Below are positions 9,916 through 20,211 of a stretch of 64,000 bases of DNA, piece by piece. The stretch lies in the sequence record MN850566.1; one strand, given 5' to 3'. The DNA is from Escherichia phage garuso. Below the pieces are notes generated by a model. The model did no database searches. It was not told the DNA's origin and saw only the letters and a program-made list of their open reading frames with translations. Numbering within the stretch: the stretch's first letter is position 1; the number at the start of each line of letters is the position of its first letter. The position numbers and the translations under genes were made by a program.

Positions 9916-12054
9916 ATAGATACCATTCTTAGCCTTCTTACGTCCTTTGCTAATCTCATGAAGAAGATTCTCATCCTGAGTAGCTCGACAAGTCAAGATG
10001 TCCTGCTCATCATTCAAGTTAAAGTAAATACTATTCAGTGTATGTGCATCAGTCCCTGAATAGACAACGTACAGGTCATTCTCAGAGTCATAGTGAAGGT
10101 ACTTATCAATCTCTGGGTTGAGATACTCATCGAAGTGTTTGCAGTAATAGCGTCCATCTTCTTGACGAGTAAACTCAATCTCTTCTTTACCTTGCGTTAC
10201 CGCTTTGGTGAACTCTTTATCACCCATAAAGTTACAAAGGAGAACTAGCTGGGCTGAGTTCATATCAACGGAGACTACGTTGGTTCCCTCTTCGCAAATC
10301 CACACCTCCCTCATAGGCGCTCCATAGACAGCAGCACCAGACGGTACGTTTACAATACCATATTGTGTCATACGTCCAGTTGAAGTGCCAAACACCATTG
10401 CACCAGCACTAAGGCGACCATCAGGACGAATCTGGTTCAACCAACCTTTTTCATCATCCTTTGAGTTCTCAATAGTTCTGCGTCGGTGCATCAAAGTATA
10501 GTACTTAGCAATCTTCTGTCCAAGCTCACCTTCAATCGTATCATAAGATGATTCAGTAAGTTTTGGTGAAGTACGGATTAAGCAAGGTTCAAGCAAATCT
10601 GTGTATTTCTTCACAGACCAGTTATGCTCGATGTACTGTACACCTTCATGTTCAACATAACTCAAACCACACCGCTCAACCATTTCCTGCCACTTAGGAT
10701 GCTTTGTAATCATCTTTTTATTGTCTTTGAAACGACAAACTTTGATAGGGCGACCATCTGAGTCTTTCTTGTAATTCCAGTCATCTGGAATCCAACCAAC
10801 TGATTTCAAGTAGTCTTTAACAACTGCTACCTGAGTCATACGAGAAACTTCAAACTCAATTGGTGTATATGGTGCATCAATCAAACCTGTGTAGCGACTT
10901 GACTCAAGTTCAAAGTGATTGACAACGTGACTGTTATAGTACTTCACAGTCTTGACTGTTTTTACTGGTTTCCAGTCTTTGCATTTTTTGCCAATCTTTG
11001 CATTCAACTCGTTGCAGATTGCACGAGCATCCTTCATCGCTACAAAACCCTCTTTGTACTCTTCACCAGTTACAGAGTTGGTTGGTGTATAGCAATTCCT
11101 TTTTTCAATGTTAAAAATCTTTGTAGTTGGCTTACCAAATGGTTTGATTTCATAAGTCTGCATCTCACCATTACGTACCTGCTGACGATACTTTGTCTTA
11201 GGGTACTTGGTAATTCTCTTCAGTCCATCTGCATGACCAAATGTTTCAACATACTCATTCCAAGCTTTTGCAAACTCTTCTCCAGTCACTTTACCTTTGG
11301 TCTTAATAGTTGGAGGTAGATGTGGTTCAACCTCTGAAGCAAGCTCATTAGTCAACTTGTCAAGTTCCTTTACATGGAACTCCATAAGCTCCTTATCAGC
11401 TTTCCAACCATTGATAGCTTGCTGGCTCATCCAGAAAGATGTCTCTTTAGCTCGCATGTAAGTCTCATAAGTGTCTATACCACACTTCTTAAGCTTGAGA
11501 TACTCGTTATCAAGTGCCCGTTTAGTTTTGGCATTAATACGGATATCTTCTACAACACGAGTGAAGATTTCTGCATTCCACACACCCCAATGTTCAATCT
11601 CTGGTTTACGGACACCGACACGAGCACCCCATGCAGCCAAACCATGAGCACCTTTATAACCCTTTGGGGTTGGCCTATCCATCCACTGAACACGAGACTG
11701 GATAAGAGAATCCTGAAAGAAATTACTCCACGGCTTACATTTTGGATTATCAAAGTTCCATAAATCAGGCGCAATGTGATTGAAAACCCACCAGTCATAG
11801 CCGAGACCATTATGGATGCAAAGACGTTTTGCCTTTAACGCAAATTCAACACCTTCACGTAAGCCGCCCTTGATGTACTTAGTGTACTTGTGACCGAGGA
11901 TAGGTTCATCTGTAAAGACCCATACAGGTGGCTCTTCATCATCAGATTTATAGTCTGCGAAAGCCATTACGTGCACTTTAGTGAACTCAAGGAGTAAACC
12001 ATCAGTTTCTGTATCACCAACCAAATGTAAGTTTTTAAAATCTACGTTTTCCAT
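9916..12054 (-). CDS. DNA polymerase (family A), 5' exon with 3'-5' exonuclease domain
   Basis: Exo I motif DTETDGL; motif A region DMNSAQL; ends in motif B ...RKKAKNGIY; start set at Met with GAGGGAG SD (ORF track 9871-12084). Confidence 0.8.
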
Positions 12055-12109
12055 TTTTACTCCCTCTAAAATCATTAACCTCATACATTACTGCAAAAAA
12101 TTATAAAAA

Positions 12110-12145
12110 GCAAGTTGACAATGCACTTGACAAGGTGTTAATCTT
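12110..12145 (+). promoter_or_regulatory. candidate promoter with tandem TTGACA boxes
   Basis: AGTTGACAATGCACTTGACAAGGTGTTAATC; near-identical block at 57650-57680; divergent intergenic region. Confidence 0.35.
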
Positions 12146-12311
12146 TGCGAAGTGGGTTTTTACTTAAAAGGTTACTTAACAGTTTAACTATACAGATACT
12201 TTAAAACTCTTAAAAGATTATTTAATAGCTTTTAAAAAGCTTTAAAGTATAACGTATAGAATACGTTAAGATAAAAGATTAAAACTTAATAGTTACTTAA
12301 AAGAGGCTTAC

Positions 12312-12734
12312 ATGCAGAAAATGTTTGTTCACCCAGACATAGCTGACTTTGTTAGAGCTTTGCAGAAGTTGGAAGAACTTGACATTGCTGCTCAACGGGA
12401 ATATGCTCACCATCACAGGAGAATGGTTGATATACAACATGAAATAGAGTTATCTGAAAACTATGAAGATGACTTAAAATGCTCTGTGTTTGAGCATATG
12501 AAAGATGTTGCTACAGCGAGACGTAAAGCTAAAGACACAGTTGCTTTACTAGACTCTCTTAAAAAGAGGTTGCAAAGTGGTACAGACCTGTGTAATCTAG
12601 CGTCACTGATTAACGATGTTGAAACTTCTTGGGATAGGCACTATTATCCACGTTCTGAAAAGACACTTGACTTTTCTTCATCCGAAAACTTAAAATGTTC
12701 TAGAAAGAAACTTAACCAACTGAGAGAGAAATAA
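12312..12734 (+). CDS. hypothetical protein
   Basis: 140 aa ORF, first gene of plus block. Confidence 0.5.
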   Translation: MQKMFVHPDIADFVRALQKLEELDIAAQREYAHHHRRMVDIQHEIELSENYEDDLKCSVFEHMKDVATARRKAKDTVALLDSLKKRLQSGTDLCNLASLINDVETSWDRHYYPRSEKTLDFSSSENLKCSRKKLNQLREK

Positions 12735-12735
12735 T

Positions 12736-13536
12736 ATGAATATCGATGTAGAAAAGATGCTTGAAGAAAAAGGTATTGACGAAGCATTTTTAATCAATGC
12801 CGTAGAAAGCATGGCTATGATTCTTCGTGGGAACAACTACACAGAACAGTTTATGCCTTCAAGCTATAACTTGCCTGAAGACAAGTCTGATAATGGTGCT
12901 TTTGCAGAACAGGTTAACATGATGTTGACAGACACTACACTTGCTTTAGCATCTATAGTCGTAGGTGTTGATGCTCTTGCAGAGTTCATTTTTAAGGAGA
13001 TGCAGAAAAATGACTATATCTCCCTTAACTCTGAAGAAAAGGACTTATTACTGTCATTAGGTAATAATGAGTTAATTTCCATGATAATTTCATCAACAAG
13101 TGCTGTTATGGCTGCTCTTGAGAAGCGAATGGGAGAGAAGCTGTCACGATATGAAAAACTTGATTGGGGGGTAGAAGAACTAAACCCACGAATCCAAGAA
13201 ATTATCCAGCAAACCAAAGATTCTTTGGAAGAAGCTGTTGAAAATGACTCTGTAGCTGATATAGAACCACTTCAGGTGAAAGTTGCACTGATGATTCCAG
13301 CTATCTCTACGATGATGAATATCGTTGCACTAATCCAACTTTCACAGATGATGGGTGTAAGTATTGAGTTCATTGAGGAGATGACTGGTGGCGTTAGTAT
13401 GCAAGCCATCAATGATGTTTTGGTGAACATTGGTGCTTCAATCATTGAAGAAAAACTACGCATTAACTTCGGTGATGATTTTGTGAAGCAAATCTCAGCT
13501 ATGGCTGAAAAAGAGTATGCTGACCAACTGCACTAA
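12736..13536 (+). CDS. hypothetical protein
   Basis: 266 aa acidic ORF. Confidence 0.5.
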   Translation: MNIDVEKMLEEKGIDEAFLINAVESMAMILRGNNYTEQFMPSSYNLPEDKSDNGAFAEQVNMMLTDTTLALASIVVGVDALAEFIFKEMQKNDYISLNSEEKDLLLSLGNNELISMIISSTSAVMAALEKRMGEKLSRYEKLDWGVEELNPRIQEIIQQTKDSLEEAVENDSVADIEPLQVKVALMIPAISTMMNIVALIQLSQMMGVSIEFIEEMTGGVSMQAINDVLVNIGASIIEEKLRINFGDDFVKQISAMAEKEYADQLH

Positions 13537-13564
13537 GTCTTTATAAATCTTACAAGCCTCCTTA

Positions 13565-13589
13565 GTTGGGGGCTTTTTAGTAATTAAGG
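13565..13589 (+). terminator. rho-independent terminator
   Basis: AGCCTCC-TTAGTT-GGGGGCT followed by TTTTT. Confidence 0.5.
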
Positions 13590-13597
13590 GAGATAAA

Positions 13598-14341
13598 ATG
13601 AGTAATATTATCGCATTTACTGGAAAGGCACGTTCTGGAAAAGACACCTCGTGTTCTATTGTGAAGAACATCTTAGAGGATGAGTACGGCTACAATGTTG
13701 CAGTAATGGCCTATGCAGACAACCTTAAACTATCTGCATCAAAGATATTTGACCTGACTTGGAATGACCTGTATGGTGAAACTAAAGAGACTCCACAGGT
13801 TTTTGATTTATCATATCCTGAATTGATGTTCAAAGTTACAGAAGCTATGGAGTTTACCTTCAAAGATGAACGTTACCATATGGATTTTAAGCTTATGTCA
13901 GAACTAACCGGACGATTAATCATGGAGCTTAAGAAGATTGCTAAACCGACTCTATTAACACGTCTAGGATTTAGCAACAAGTATAAATTCTCATCAAGAC
14001 AAATTCAACAGATTTGGGGTACTGAAGTCATCCGTAAAGTTATGGGTGACAAATTCTGGGCTAAAGACCTTGAAAAACGAATGGCTCGCTTCTTTGAATC
14101 TTGTTCACTTATGAATCAAGAGGGTGTTGTTTTAATCAGTGACTTAAGGTTTGACTCTGAAGCTGAGTGGCTGAGTAGATTTGCACACCAGACTATTGAA
14201 GTAAAAAGAGACAATGTGGACAAGGTTTCATCACATGTTTCAGAAAATGGAATTTCTACCAAATATGCGCGTGACATTATCCATAATAATGGTACTCTTG
14301 CAGACCTTGAAAGTAAGCTAAGAGCTATCCTGAAGATTTAA
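13598..14341 (+). CDS. deoxynucleoside monophosphate kinase
   Basis: N-terminal IIAFTGKARSGKDT matches T4 gp1 dNMP kinase P-loop FLSGVKRSGKDT. Confidence 0.7.
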   Translation: MSNIIAFTGKARSGKDTSCSIVKNILEDEYGYNVAVMAYADNLKLSASKIFDLTWNDLYGETKETPQVFDLSYPELMFKVTEAMEFTFKDERYHMDFKLMSELTGRLIMELKKIAKPTLLTRLGFSNKYKFSSRQIQQIWGTEVIRKVMGDKFWAKDLEKRMARFFESCSLMNQEGVVLISDLRFDSEAEWLSRFAHQTIEVKRDNVDKVSSHVSENGISTKYARDIIHNNGTLADLESKLRAILKI

Positions 14342-14349
14342 AAGAGAGA

Positions 14350-14550
14350 ATGAAGATGAGAGTAAAAGACAATTTTAAAGTTATTGACCACCGTTTAGTG
14401 GAACTCTCATCTCTTTCCAATGAGGTAATGATTGAACGTCTTAAGAGAGTTGAATCACGAAGGAAAGAGATTGCAGATGAAATTCATGAACTGGACAAGA
14501 TTGAAAATGGATTGAAGGCAGAACTACAACGAAGAGGTGCTAATGTCTAA
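14350..14550 (+). CDS. hypothetical protein
   Basis: 66 aa coiled-coil-like ORF. Confidence 0.4.
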   Translation: MKMRVKDNFKVIDHRLVELSSLSNEVMIERLKRVESRRKEIADEIHELDKIENGLKAELQRRGANV

Positions 14551-16528
14551 AGGTCGTAAATTGAAAGAGGCTGGTCAGTTTATTGGTCATTGTGCATGTC
14601 CACGTTGTGGTTCATCAGATGCTGGTTCAATCTATCATCATGACGATGATTCTTATTCGATGACTTGCTTTAGCTGTAACAAAGGTTTCCCAGAGTGGGA
14701 TTTTGATAAAGGACAAATCGTGAGCACTTATTCTACTGGTTCAGATAACAAAAACCGTACTTTCCGTGGAATGGATTTAGACGATGTAAAAGAAAACCTA
14801 GAAGCAATGGACTTGAAAGACAGGAAGATTCCTGCAAAAGTCCTTGAACGCTTAGGTATCAAGGTTGACATTGACAGTGACGGTGAAATTGATGCGCATT
14901 TCTATCCAACTTACAAACGTAATGAAGATGGTAAGCTAGAGCATGTTGGTTACCGTGTTCGTCACCGTTACCCAGAAGACCATCCAAAAGAGCACCTACG
15001 TGGTAAGCTAAAAGACTTTTCTGGTGGTGTTGGAGACATTAAAGGTGAACTGGCAATGTTCGGTTCATGGATTGCTCCAGAAGGTGGTAACCGTCTATTC
15101 ATCTGGGAAGGTGAGATGGAATGTGCGACAGCAATCTATATGACTTCTCTTGCGATTAAAGATAAGTCTCGTCGTAAGAATTACTGTCACGTATCTGTAC
15201 CATCAGGTGCAAACATTAAGTCTATCAAAGACAACTATCAGTACATCACATCATTTGATGAGATTTACTTGTGCTTTGATAACGATGAAGCAGGTGCTAA
15301 AGCCACTAAAGAGGCTGCTGGCATTCTCCCTATCGAGAAGGTTCGTTTATTCCAGTATCCAGAGGGTGTAAAAGACCTTAACGAATGGTGGACAAAGTTC
15401 TATAAAGAGAAAGATACAGTTCTTGAAGGGTTTAAGCAGCGTATATACAATGCACCCCGTTACTGCCCTGCTGGTATCAAGAACTTCGCAGATGGTTTTG
15501 AGGCAATGAAGAATCGTGGTCAGATTCCATTGATTCCTTTCCCAGAATCATTCGGAGATTTGAACAGACTGACTTATGGCGGTTATGGTTTAGGTGAGAT
15601 TACAACTCTGGCAGCACCCTCTTCAGTGGGTAAATCTGCATACACTCGTGAAATGATTTACACAGCTTGGAAAGAAACCGATTACAATATTGGTGTAATT
15701 CCTGTAGAAGATACCTATGAAGAGTTGATGGAGATGCTTTGTGCAATCCACCTTAGCAAGCAGATTTCTGAGATTCCTTATGACGAACGCGATTGGGATG
15801 AATTGAAGGAAGCACACGCAGAACTGTCTAAAGGTCGTCGTATCCACATCGTAGACCATCAAGGGGCAATTGACCAAGATAACTTGCTGGAGTTTGTTGA
15901 CTATCTTGTTAATAGCTTAGACTGTAAGATTATTATTCTTGACCCTATTACGTTGGCTCTGTCACGTTCAGATACGGATGAAGAGGAAGTTTTGTCTGAG
16001 CTATTGCGTCGTTGCAAACGCTACCAGTATGCACAAGTGAACGTCTGTCACGTTCGTAAGAGTGCAGGTGGTCAGAAGGCTAACTCTGAAGGTGGGGATA
16101 TCTCTGAAGAGGATATTAAAGGCTCTGGTGCGTATTTCCAGATTTCTATGAACAACATTCTGTTAATGCGTAACAAGGTTGACCCAGACCCTGTTAAGAA
16201 AAACTTGACAAAAATCAAGCTAACTAAATGTCGTCGTCACGGTAAGTCAACGGGTATTGCTGGTCATACTTGGTACAATCCAGATACAGGACGCCTCATC
16301 AAAGCATCTGGTTGCGGAGTTGACATTGATGGTGCAGCAGAAAATATTCGCCAACAGTTTGGTATTGGTGAAGCTGAAGACCATTACGATGACTCTTTGC
16401 CACATTATGAGGATGAAGTGTTTGACCGTGAGACTGGTGAAGTCTATACTGAAGAGCAGCGCCAAAGCTCAACGATTCCACCTGTATTAAGTGAGGATGC
16501 AGATGACTGCCCATTCGAAACTGAGTGA
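14537..16528 (+). CDS. bifunctional DNA primase-helicase (T7 gp4-like)
   Basis: N-terminal Cys4 zinc ribbon (CPRCG...CFSCN), TOPRIM-like FDNDEAG, C-terminal Walker A APSSVGKSA. Confidence 0.8.
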   Translation: MLMSKGRKLKEAGQFIGHCACPRCGSSDAGSIYHHDDDSYSMTCFSCNKGFPEWDFDKGQIVSTYSTGSDNKNRTFRGMDLDDVKENLEAMDLKDRKIPAKVLERLGIKVDIDSDGEIDAHFYPTYKRNEDGKLEHVGYRVRHRYPEDHPKEHLRGKLKDFSGGVGDIKGELAMFGSWIAPEGGNRLFIWEGEMECATAIYMTSLAIKDKSRRKNYCHVSVPSGANIKSIKDNYQYITSFDEIYLCFDNDEAGAKATKEAAGILPIEKVRLFQYPEGVKDLNEWWTKFYKEKDTVLEGFKQRIYNAPRYCPAGIKNFADGFEAMKNRGQIPLIPFPESFGDLNRLTYGGYGLGEITTLAAPSSVGKSAYTREMIYTAWKETDYNIGVIPVEDTYEELMEMLCAIHLSKQISEIPYDERDWDELKEAHAELSKGRRIHIVDHQGAIDQDNLLEFVDYLVNSLDCKIIILDPITLALSRSDTDEEEVLSELLRRCKRYQYAQVNVCHVRKSAGGQKANSEGGDISEEDIKGSGAYFQISMNNILLMRNKVDPDPVKKNLTKIKLTKCRRHGKSTGIAGHTWYNPDTGRLIKASGCGVDIDGAAENIRQQFGIGEAEDHYDDSLPHYEDEVFDRETGEVYTEEQRQSSTIPPVLSEDADDCPFETE

Positions 16529-16784
16529 TAGTTATAAAAGAGAGGGGTTCACACCCTTCTTTGAAGAAAAAAGTTTAAATAAATTTCAGGAAGAGTGTTT
16601 GACAAAGATTGATAGATTCTATAGAATGCTCCTCATGAAATGCGATGGAGAGGTTGAGATAAAAGAAGATTTTCACCAGAGCATGATTACAGTCATCATT
16701 GCGCTGCCTCAGCATAATATTAGTTGGCTGTTTATAATTAAAGAAAATGTGTTTGAATATCAAGTATATCGGAGAATATCATGA
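16491..16784 (+). CDS. hypothetical protein
   Basis: 97 aa ORF; start may be internal. Confidence 0.3.
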   Translation: MRMQMTAHSKLSDSYKREGFTPFFEEKSLNKFQEECLTKIDRFYRMLLMKCDGEVEIKEDFHQSMITVIIALPQHNISWLFIIKENVFEYQVYRRIS

Positions 16785-17002
16785 AACACTCTAAAGCATT
16801 TGAAAAAGTTTTTGGGGATTCCTTAAAAGCCACTGCTGGAAAACCAGCAAAATACTATGAAGAAAAACGTGTAAGAACTGGAAAAACTGCACGCAAAGCA
16901 GCTTCTAAAGATAAGCACAATTTCCAGTAATTAGTATTTGACAATAGGGTATCAACAAACTAGAATTGGTACTCTTCATAAATTGAGATAGAGGTTTAAA
17001 TA

Positions 17003-17860
17003 ATGTCTAAAGTTGTTAAAATGAAAGCTCCGGTAGAGAAGTACAACGGTACTGAACGTCAAACTCTGCGTTACCTGCTGAAAGATGTCTGGTTTTATTA
17101 CCTGAACACTTCACCACGTCCGGGGAAAGGTAAGTCTATTGATAAGAAATTCCCAGGCAAAGACTGTAACTACAGCGTATCAATTCTGGCAGAAGACGGT
17201 AACAAACTCTTTAAAGAGTTTACTAAGTCTAAGAAGAACCCAGAAGGTTGGGATAAAGTTACTACTGAAGCAGTTGATGCAGATGACTTCGAAGAGAAGT
17301 TTGGTTGTAAACCACCTTTTGAAGCAGACACTTACTACATCTTGAAAGTAAGTCGTGCAGCAGCTTATAAAGATGGTGCTGTATGGACAGCTAAACAGTC
17401 ATTCCCTGTAATGCTGATTGAAGAAGTAAATGGTAAGCGTGTAGCTGTTAAGCAGCCGATGAAGAAAATCAAAGCTCAAGCATCTGATAAACATGAAGAT
17501 GACAAGAACTATGATGTAATTCATCCAGATATCGCAGTTGGTAATGGTTCTTTTGGTAGTGTGATTCTTTCTACTCACTTCTACACTTTTGAGAACAATG
17601 TTCTGACAAAACCTATTCAGGAACAGTTTATCATTGATACTCTTGTACCTTACACTGGTGGTAACGGTGCTAATGGTGAACCTGAACTTGATGAAGATGA
17701 ACTGGCTATGCTTGGTCTTGATGGTGTTGAAGATAACGGTGAAATCACTGAAGAAGACGCAACAGACCATAAACCTTCGAATGCTTCTGATGATGGTGAT
17801 GATGAAGATTTGCCAGACCCAGATGACGAAGAAGATGAAGACTTCGATACAGAAGACTAA
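17003..17860 (+). CDS. putative single-stranded DNA-binding protein (gp2.5-like)
   Basis: 285 aa with strongly acidic C-terminal tail (DDGDDEDLPDPDDEEDEDFDTED) as in T7 gp2.5; position within replication module. Confidence 0.5.
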   Translation: MSKVVKMKAPVEKYNGTERQTLRYLLKDVWFYYLNTSPRPGKGKSIDKKFPGKDCNYSVSILAEDGNKLFKEFTKSKKNPEGWDKVTTEAVDADDFEEKFGCKPPFEADTYYILKVSRAAAYKDGAVWTAKQSFPVMLIEEVNGKRVAVKQPMKKIKAQASDKHEDDKNYDVIHPDIAVGNGSFGSVILSTHFYTFENNVLTKPIQEQFIIDTLVPYTGGNGANGEPELDEDELAMLGLDGVEDNGEITEEDATDHKPSNASDDGDDEDLPDPDDEEDEDFDTED

Positions 17861-17877
17861 TCTCTAAAAGTTACTTT

Positions 17878-17907
17878 AAAGCCCTGTACTTAGTATGGGG
17901 CTTTTTC
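17878..17907 (+). terminator. rho-independent terminator
   Basis: AAGCCC-loop-GGGCTT followed by TTTTT. Confidence 0.5.
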
Positions 17908-17922
17908 ATATGGAGAGCCATA

Positions 17923-18969
17923 ATGGAGAAGTACACATTAACAAAACTTCCCGATTCAGTTACACATGTTTTTATTGACTCTGATAGTATTGCCTATAAA
18001 GGTGCTTGTGTAGTTGAGAAAGCAAAATATAAATATGTCAATAAACTCACAGCAGAAGAATCTGAGCCATTTGATAATGCTAAAGATGCTGCAAGATGGT
18101 TAGCAGACCAGAGAATCCTTGTGGAAGAACTTGGCCTAGCATTTGATGAAGATGAATGGGAAAGACAGACTTGGAAAGAAGCTAAGAGTGAAAAAGAAGC
18201 TATCATGGCTACTCAACAGGTTCTTCAGGAATGGCTTAAGGTTGTTGGTAAAGAGAGAACTTGGGTAGGTTACTTAACAGAGAAAGGTGTGCATAAACAT
18301 AAAGACATTAAAGGTCTTGAGCACCAATATCAAGGTAACCGTAAAGATGCTGTCACACCAACACACTTAGTTGCTTGTCGTGAATATCTTCTGTCAAGAC
18401 CAGAGTTCAAACTCTTAAGGGGAGGCTTCGAAGCCGATTCAATCGTAATTGCTAAAGCTGAAAAGATGGGTAAGAAAGCTGCTCTTATGAGTATTGACAA
18501 AGACCTTCGACAAGCTGAAGGGACTTATTGTATTGATATGACTTATGAAAAATCACCACTAATCTTTATTGCTGACAATAATGTTGGTGATATCTGGGAT
18601 TGTCCTATCAAATCAAAACCAAAAGCTGCAAAAACAGTTGGTGTAGGTTTTAAATTCTTGTGTTATCAGGCTGTTGCTGGAGATAATGCAGACAACTACT
18701 TCGGCCTAAAAGGTGCTGGTAAAGTGGCTGTGATGAATGCTTTGGATGGTAAAGAGACTTACAAAGAGTGTCTTGATGCTATCTATGAACTCTATGCTAA
18801 AAAAGACTCTTATACCTACGTGTCATGGGATGGACAGACTGTTACAAAGACACCGTTAGAGTTAATGGAACAGCATTTCTTCCTAGCTTATCAAGAGCGA
18901 AATAAATCAGATATTTTTTCATTTGAAAAGTATGGTTGGACTCCAAATGTTGACTCAGCAGATACTTAA
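17923..18969 (+). CDS. 5'-3' exonuclease (T7 gp6 / T4 RNase H family)
   Basis: N-terminal VFIDSDSIA (cf. T4 RNase H LIDFSQIA), central SIDKD (cf. T7 gp6 SCDKD), H3TH-like GDNADNYFGLKGAGK. Confidence 0.6.
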   Translation: MEKYTLTKLPDSVTHVFIDSDSIAYKGACVVEKAKYKYVNKLTAEESEPFDNAKDAARWLADQRILVEELGLAFDEDEWERQTWKEAKSEKEAIMATQQVLQEWLKVVGKERTWVGYLTEKGVHKHKDIKGLEHQYQGNRKDAVTPTHLVACREYLLSRPEFKLLRGGFEADSIVIAKAEKMGKKAALMSIDKDLRQAEGTYCIDMTYEKSPLIFIADNNVGDIWDCPIKSKPKAAKTVGVGFKFLCYQAVAGDNADNYFGLKGAGKVAVMNALDGKETYKECLDAIYELYAKKDSYTYVSWDGQTVTKTPLELMEQHFFLAYQERNKSDIFSFEKYGWTPNVDSADT

Positions 18970-19447
18970 AGAATATCTACACTATGACCCCGAAACAGGG
19001 GTCTTTACGTGGATAAAGAAATCAGCTAAAAGAACAGTTATAGGTTCCATTGCAGGTACACCACATAAGCGAGGTTATATTAGGATAAAAATTAAAAGAA
19101 AACCCTATATGGCTCATGATTTAGCAATCCTGTACACAGACGGTTTCCTACCTAACAGAGTAGACCATCGAAACGGTATTACTAATGATAATCGGAGATT
19201 AAATCTAAGGGTTTGCACACAAGCTGAAAACTCTTGGAATAGAAGAACACACTCCAACAACACATCTGGAGTTAAGGGTGTATCTTTCTATAAGGCTAAC
19301 CAAAAATGGAAGGCCAGAGTTATGACACACGGAGTATCTCACTTTCTGGGGTATTTTGACAGTATTGAAGATGCCAAAGATGCAGTCACAAAGAAAAGAG
19401 AAGAACTACATAAAGAGTTTTCAAATCACGGAGAAGCTTATGAATGA
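18923..19447 (+). CDS. HNH homing-endonuclease-like protein
   Basis: 174 aa; HNH core VDHRNGITNDNRRLNLRVCTQAEN; paralog of 8521-9072. Confidence 0.7.
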   Translation: MKSMVGLQMLTQQILKEYLHYDPETGVFTWIKKSAKRTVIGSIAGTPHKRGYIRIKIKRKPYMAHDLAILYTDGFLPNRVDHRNGITNDNRRLNLRVCTQAENSWNRRTHSNNTSGVKGVSFYKANQKWKARVMTHGVSHFLGYFDSIEDAKDAVTKKREELHKEFSNHGEAYE

Positions 19448-19941
19448 AGATTAAAGGATTTGGCAATTGCCCTACCTACGGTCATTGGGTATCTTTATGT
19501 GGGGAAGTTGACCCCACTAAACATTTTGGCTTTGTCTATTTAGTACACTGTAAGAAGACTGGACAGTATTATATCGGAAAGAAACAGTTTAACAGTGTGA
19601 CCAAAAGAAAAGTTGCTGGGAAGACTCGGAAGAAGATAGTCACTAAGGAAAGTGATTGGATGACTTATGAGACTTCTTCTGAGTATATTAAAAAAGATAT
19701 TGAGAGTTTTGGAAAAGAATTTTTTGACTTTTACATTATTCAGACCTACTACACAAAAGGTGGCCTAGTCTATGGTGAAGCAAACCTTCAACATAAATTC
19801 GATGTAATGACAAAAAGGATTGACTCTAAGCTCAGACTCTTCTACAATGCCAATATTGCAGCAATTAAGTTTATCACTAAAGAAACTTATGAAGATGCTG
19901 AAAAAAGAATCCATAAGGTAATGAAAGCAAATTGTGCTTGA
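19444..19941 (+). CDS. GIY-YIG endonuclease-like protein
   Basis: FGFVYLVHCKKTGQYYIGKK fits GIY-(10 aa)-YIG motif. Confidence 0.55.
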   Translation: MKIKGFGNCPTYGHWVSLCGEVDPTKHFGFVYLVHCKKTGQYYIGKKQFNSVTKRKVAGKTRKKIVTKESDWMTYETSSEYIKKDIESFGKEFFDFYIIQTYYTKGGLVYGEANLQHKFDVMTKRIDSKLRLFYNANIAAIKFITKETYEDAEKRIHKVMKANCA

Positions 19942-19962
19942 TAACTATTGAGAGAGAATAAA

Positions 19963-20211
19963 ATGTTTAACAAAAGTAAAGCTGTGAGTCATGTAGCAAA
20001 AGTTGACAGCAAGATTGAAGAACTTGAGCGCATCCTTGCAAATGCTAGAGAGTCAATAATTAAAGAAGTTGAAGCTGTTGAGTCTCAAATGCAGCACCTA
20101 ATGCTTAAACGTCAAGAGCTACGTGAACATCTAGAATATATTGAAACACGAGAGCTAAAGGTTAACAAATATTTTAAGGAGTCCGAATGTTTAACTCAAG
20201 AGAATCAGTAA
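19963..20211 (+). CDS. hypothetical protein
   Basis: ORF track 19948-20211; ATG at 19963 has better SD. Confidence 0.4.
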   Translation: MFNKSKAVSHVAKVDSKIEELERILANARESIIKEVEAVESQMQHLMLKRQELREHLEYIETRELKVNKYFKESECLTQENQ

